DNA of 64,000 nt from the human T2T-CHM13v2.0 reference genome, Homo sapiens, in assembly GCF_009914755.1 (NCBI RefSeq), contig NC_060929.1; one strand, 5' to 3'. The notes beneath the pieces were generated by a model that saw nothing but the letters and a program-made list of their open reading frames with translations, did no database searches and had not been told where the DNA came from. The translations under genes were made by a program, and so were the position numbers. This document shows, one piece after another, positions 61,711 to 64,000 of this stretch (positions are counted from its first letter, which is position 1; the number at the start of each line of letters is the position of its first letter).

Positions 61711-62134
61711 TGTTAAAGCAAGCTAAATATGGCCTGAGAAGGATTCCGTTCATCTATATTTGGGTCCTTGTGGATGAACTGTAACCTAGCTTAATAGACA
61801 AAATTGAAAACCTAATTTAGGAATAGGTATCTGTAACAATAGCTGAGTTTTGGGCAATCCCAATGGCCATACTTCAACCATTCATAGACTGTTAGGTGTT
61901 CAAACTGTGTTCAAATAAGGCAAATGCCAACCTGTAACCAATCTACCTATTTCTGTACATCACTGTTGATTTCTGTACTTCATTTCCCTTTGTCTATAAA
62001 TCTTCTTCCACCACGTGGCTGTGCTGGAATCTCTGTGAATCTGCTGTGATTCTGGGGGCTGCTCAATTCACAAATCGTTCATTCCTCAATTAAACACCTT
62101 TAAATTTAATTCAGCTGAAGTTTTTCTTTTATCA
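61711..62134 (+). mobile_element. ERV1 solo LTR (MER57-like)
   Basis: TG...CA termini; taaatatggcctgagaagg, aactgtgttcaaataaggcaaatgcc, CCAAT, TATAAA and ATTAAA in LTR order. Confidence 0.75.
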
Positions 62135-62647
62135 AACCTTATGTAATACTTATTAAAGAATCAGGAACGTACTTTGATTCAAAAACTATTTTCTTGAAGA
62201 AGGCACTATATAAAGGTAAGATGGGGGTGAGGAAAATGGGCAGATGTTGGTCAAAAGGTACAATCTTTAAGCATAAGATGAACAAGTTCAGGGGATCTAA
62301 CAAACAGCATAGGTAGTGATGTAATTAATTTGATATGCATCATTACACAAAGTATATTAAATCATCACATTGCATACCTTAAATCTATACAATATTTTGT
62401 CAATTAAACATTTCAAAATTAATTCAAATAAACTTTTGATATGTGGTCCAAAAAAGGGGACTTTATCCCCTTAACAAATTTTAGCTAGTGACCAGAAAGA
62501 AGTTAAATATTGATGTACAATTATATCTCTGAACTCCATGTATCCTAAATATAACTTTCTATCAGAAAATAAGCTATTGTATGACAGTGATAACAATCAT
62601 TATTAGAAGCTCACGATAATGTGTTGATTTTTAGTGTCAGGGATTAC

Positions 62648-62650
<3 letters not shown>

Positions 62651-62694
<44 letters not shown>
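62651..62694. repeat. (AT)22 microsatellite
   Basis: Direct read. Confidence 0.97.
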
Positions 62695-62700
<6 letters not shown>

Positions 62701-63107
62701 TATTTAATTCTTACATCCCTACTTCATAGGGATGACAATCTCCATTTTATGGATGAGAAAACTGAGACTTAAAAAGGTTATAAAACTTGCCCGTTGTTAT
62801 ATAGATAAAAAGTGCCAAACCAGGCTTAGAAACTTAGGATTGAAACTAGGTCATTTTTTATGAGTTTAAGTGGATTGAAAAAGTTATCTAGATTAATTCT
62901 TTTATTTTATAAATAAAATAAGAAGCCACAATGGATAAGCCCCCAGCTAAAGGTAGATTCAGGATTATAATACACTAATACACATTTCTCAAATTCTAAC
63001 AACAAATAAAAATATGAATTGGTTCCTTTACATTAAACCTGTTACTGTGTTGTCTTAACCCTTAACTATTACAGTTTACAGACAGAGAGAGAATCGGCGG
63101 TTGGGGG

Positions 63108-63138
<31 letters not shown>

Positions 63139-63368
63139 GGAGAGATTTAACCCAAGATGTAACTTTCAGGCTATGGGTACTACAAGAAATTAATTCATTG
63201 AGTAGATACATGTTATGAATTGCTTATGTGTCAGGAAATGTTCTAGACACTAGGAATACAAATATGATTATAATTTGTATATATTCTCTCTCTCAGAATA
63301 CCTCTCCCTTTAAGAAAACACAGGTAGCATAATAGGCCAAAGGTTCTTTGGGACACATATGAGCAGAA

Positions 63369-63867
63369 CTATAGGGGGCTGAATGGTAGCTCTTCAAAAT
63401 ATATGTCCATGTTCTAACCTCGTAACCTGTGAATGTGACCTTATTTGGAAAAAGGATGTTTGCAGATGTAATTAAGGATTTTGAGATGAGATCATCCTGA
63501 ATTATCTGGCCCTAAATTAAATGCCAAACCCTTAAAAGTCATTATAAGAAGGAAGAGAGAGATAACACAGACCAGAGACAACACACACAGAGGAGAAAGC
63601 CCTGAAGAGCGGAGTGATGCAGCCACAGGAGATTCCTGATGCCACTAGAAGATGGAAGAGACAAGCAAAGACCCTCCCCATGGAGCCTTCGGAGGGAGGC
63701 TTAACTGAGGGAGGCTTAACTTTTAAGCCTTCAGAGGGAGACTTAACTTTTGACCAACACCTTAACTTTTGACCGTTGGCTCCCGGAAAATTGAGAAAAT
63801 AAATTTCTGTTGTTTTAAGCCAGGAAGTTGTGATAATTTGATACAAGAGTCCTAAGAAACAAATATA
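63369..63867 (+). mobile_element. MaLR LTR (MLT1B/C-like)
   Basis: cctgtgaatgtgaccttatttggaaaaagg...tttgcagatgtaattaagg...aataaatttctgttgttttaagcca. Confidence 0.85.
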
Positions 63868-64000
63868 GGCACATATATGGATTTTCCTAGCCCTAGAAGA
63901 AGAGGTGTTCTAAGCAACAATTTTTGAAATAGATCTGTCATTAAGCTTCCTCTAATGTGGCAGTGACCTAAATAGCAACAGATATTTATGTTAAATGTCT

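Overview
Primate (almost certainly human) genomic DNA. It holds the whole coding region of GABRA1 (GABA-A receptor alpha-1 subunit) on the + strand: nine coding exons from ATG 1646 to TAG 48245, all with GT-AG boundaries, summing to 1371 nt (456 aa + stop), then a ~2.5 kb AU-rich 3'UTR ending near 50790. The promoter and non-coding first exon(s) appear to lie upstream of the window. Introns and the 3' flank carry typical primate repeats (Alu, L1, MaLR/ERV1 LTRs, HSMAR2, hAT MITEs, MIR/L2, microsatellites), and nearly all non-exonic ORFs in the track are spurious or repeat-derived. I see no new gene system. The most notable unexplained structure is a ~180-bp, ~90% identical inverted duplication (15451-15630 / 16028-16206) just upstream of coding exon 3, not recognisable as a repeat and predicted to fold the pre-mRNA into long dsRNA. 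Also notable are a ~97-bp direct duplication in the intron before the Cys-loop exon, a perfect MORE palindrome, two twin-primed L1 inversions (one nested in HSMAR2) and a last-intron read-through frame. Repeat subfamily names come from recalled consensus sequences and need RepeatMasker/Dfam confirmation.
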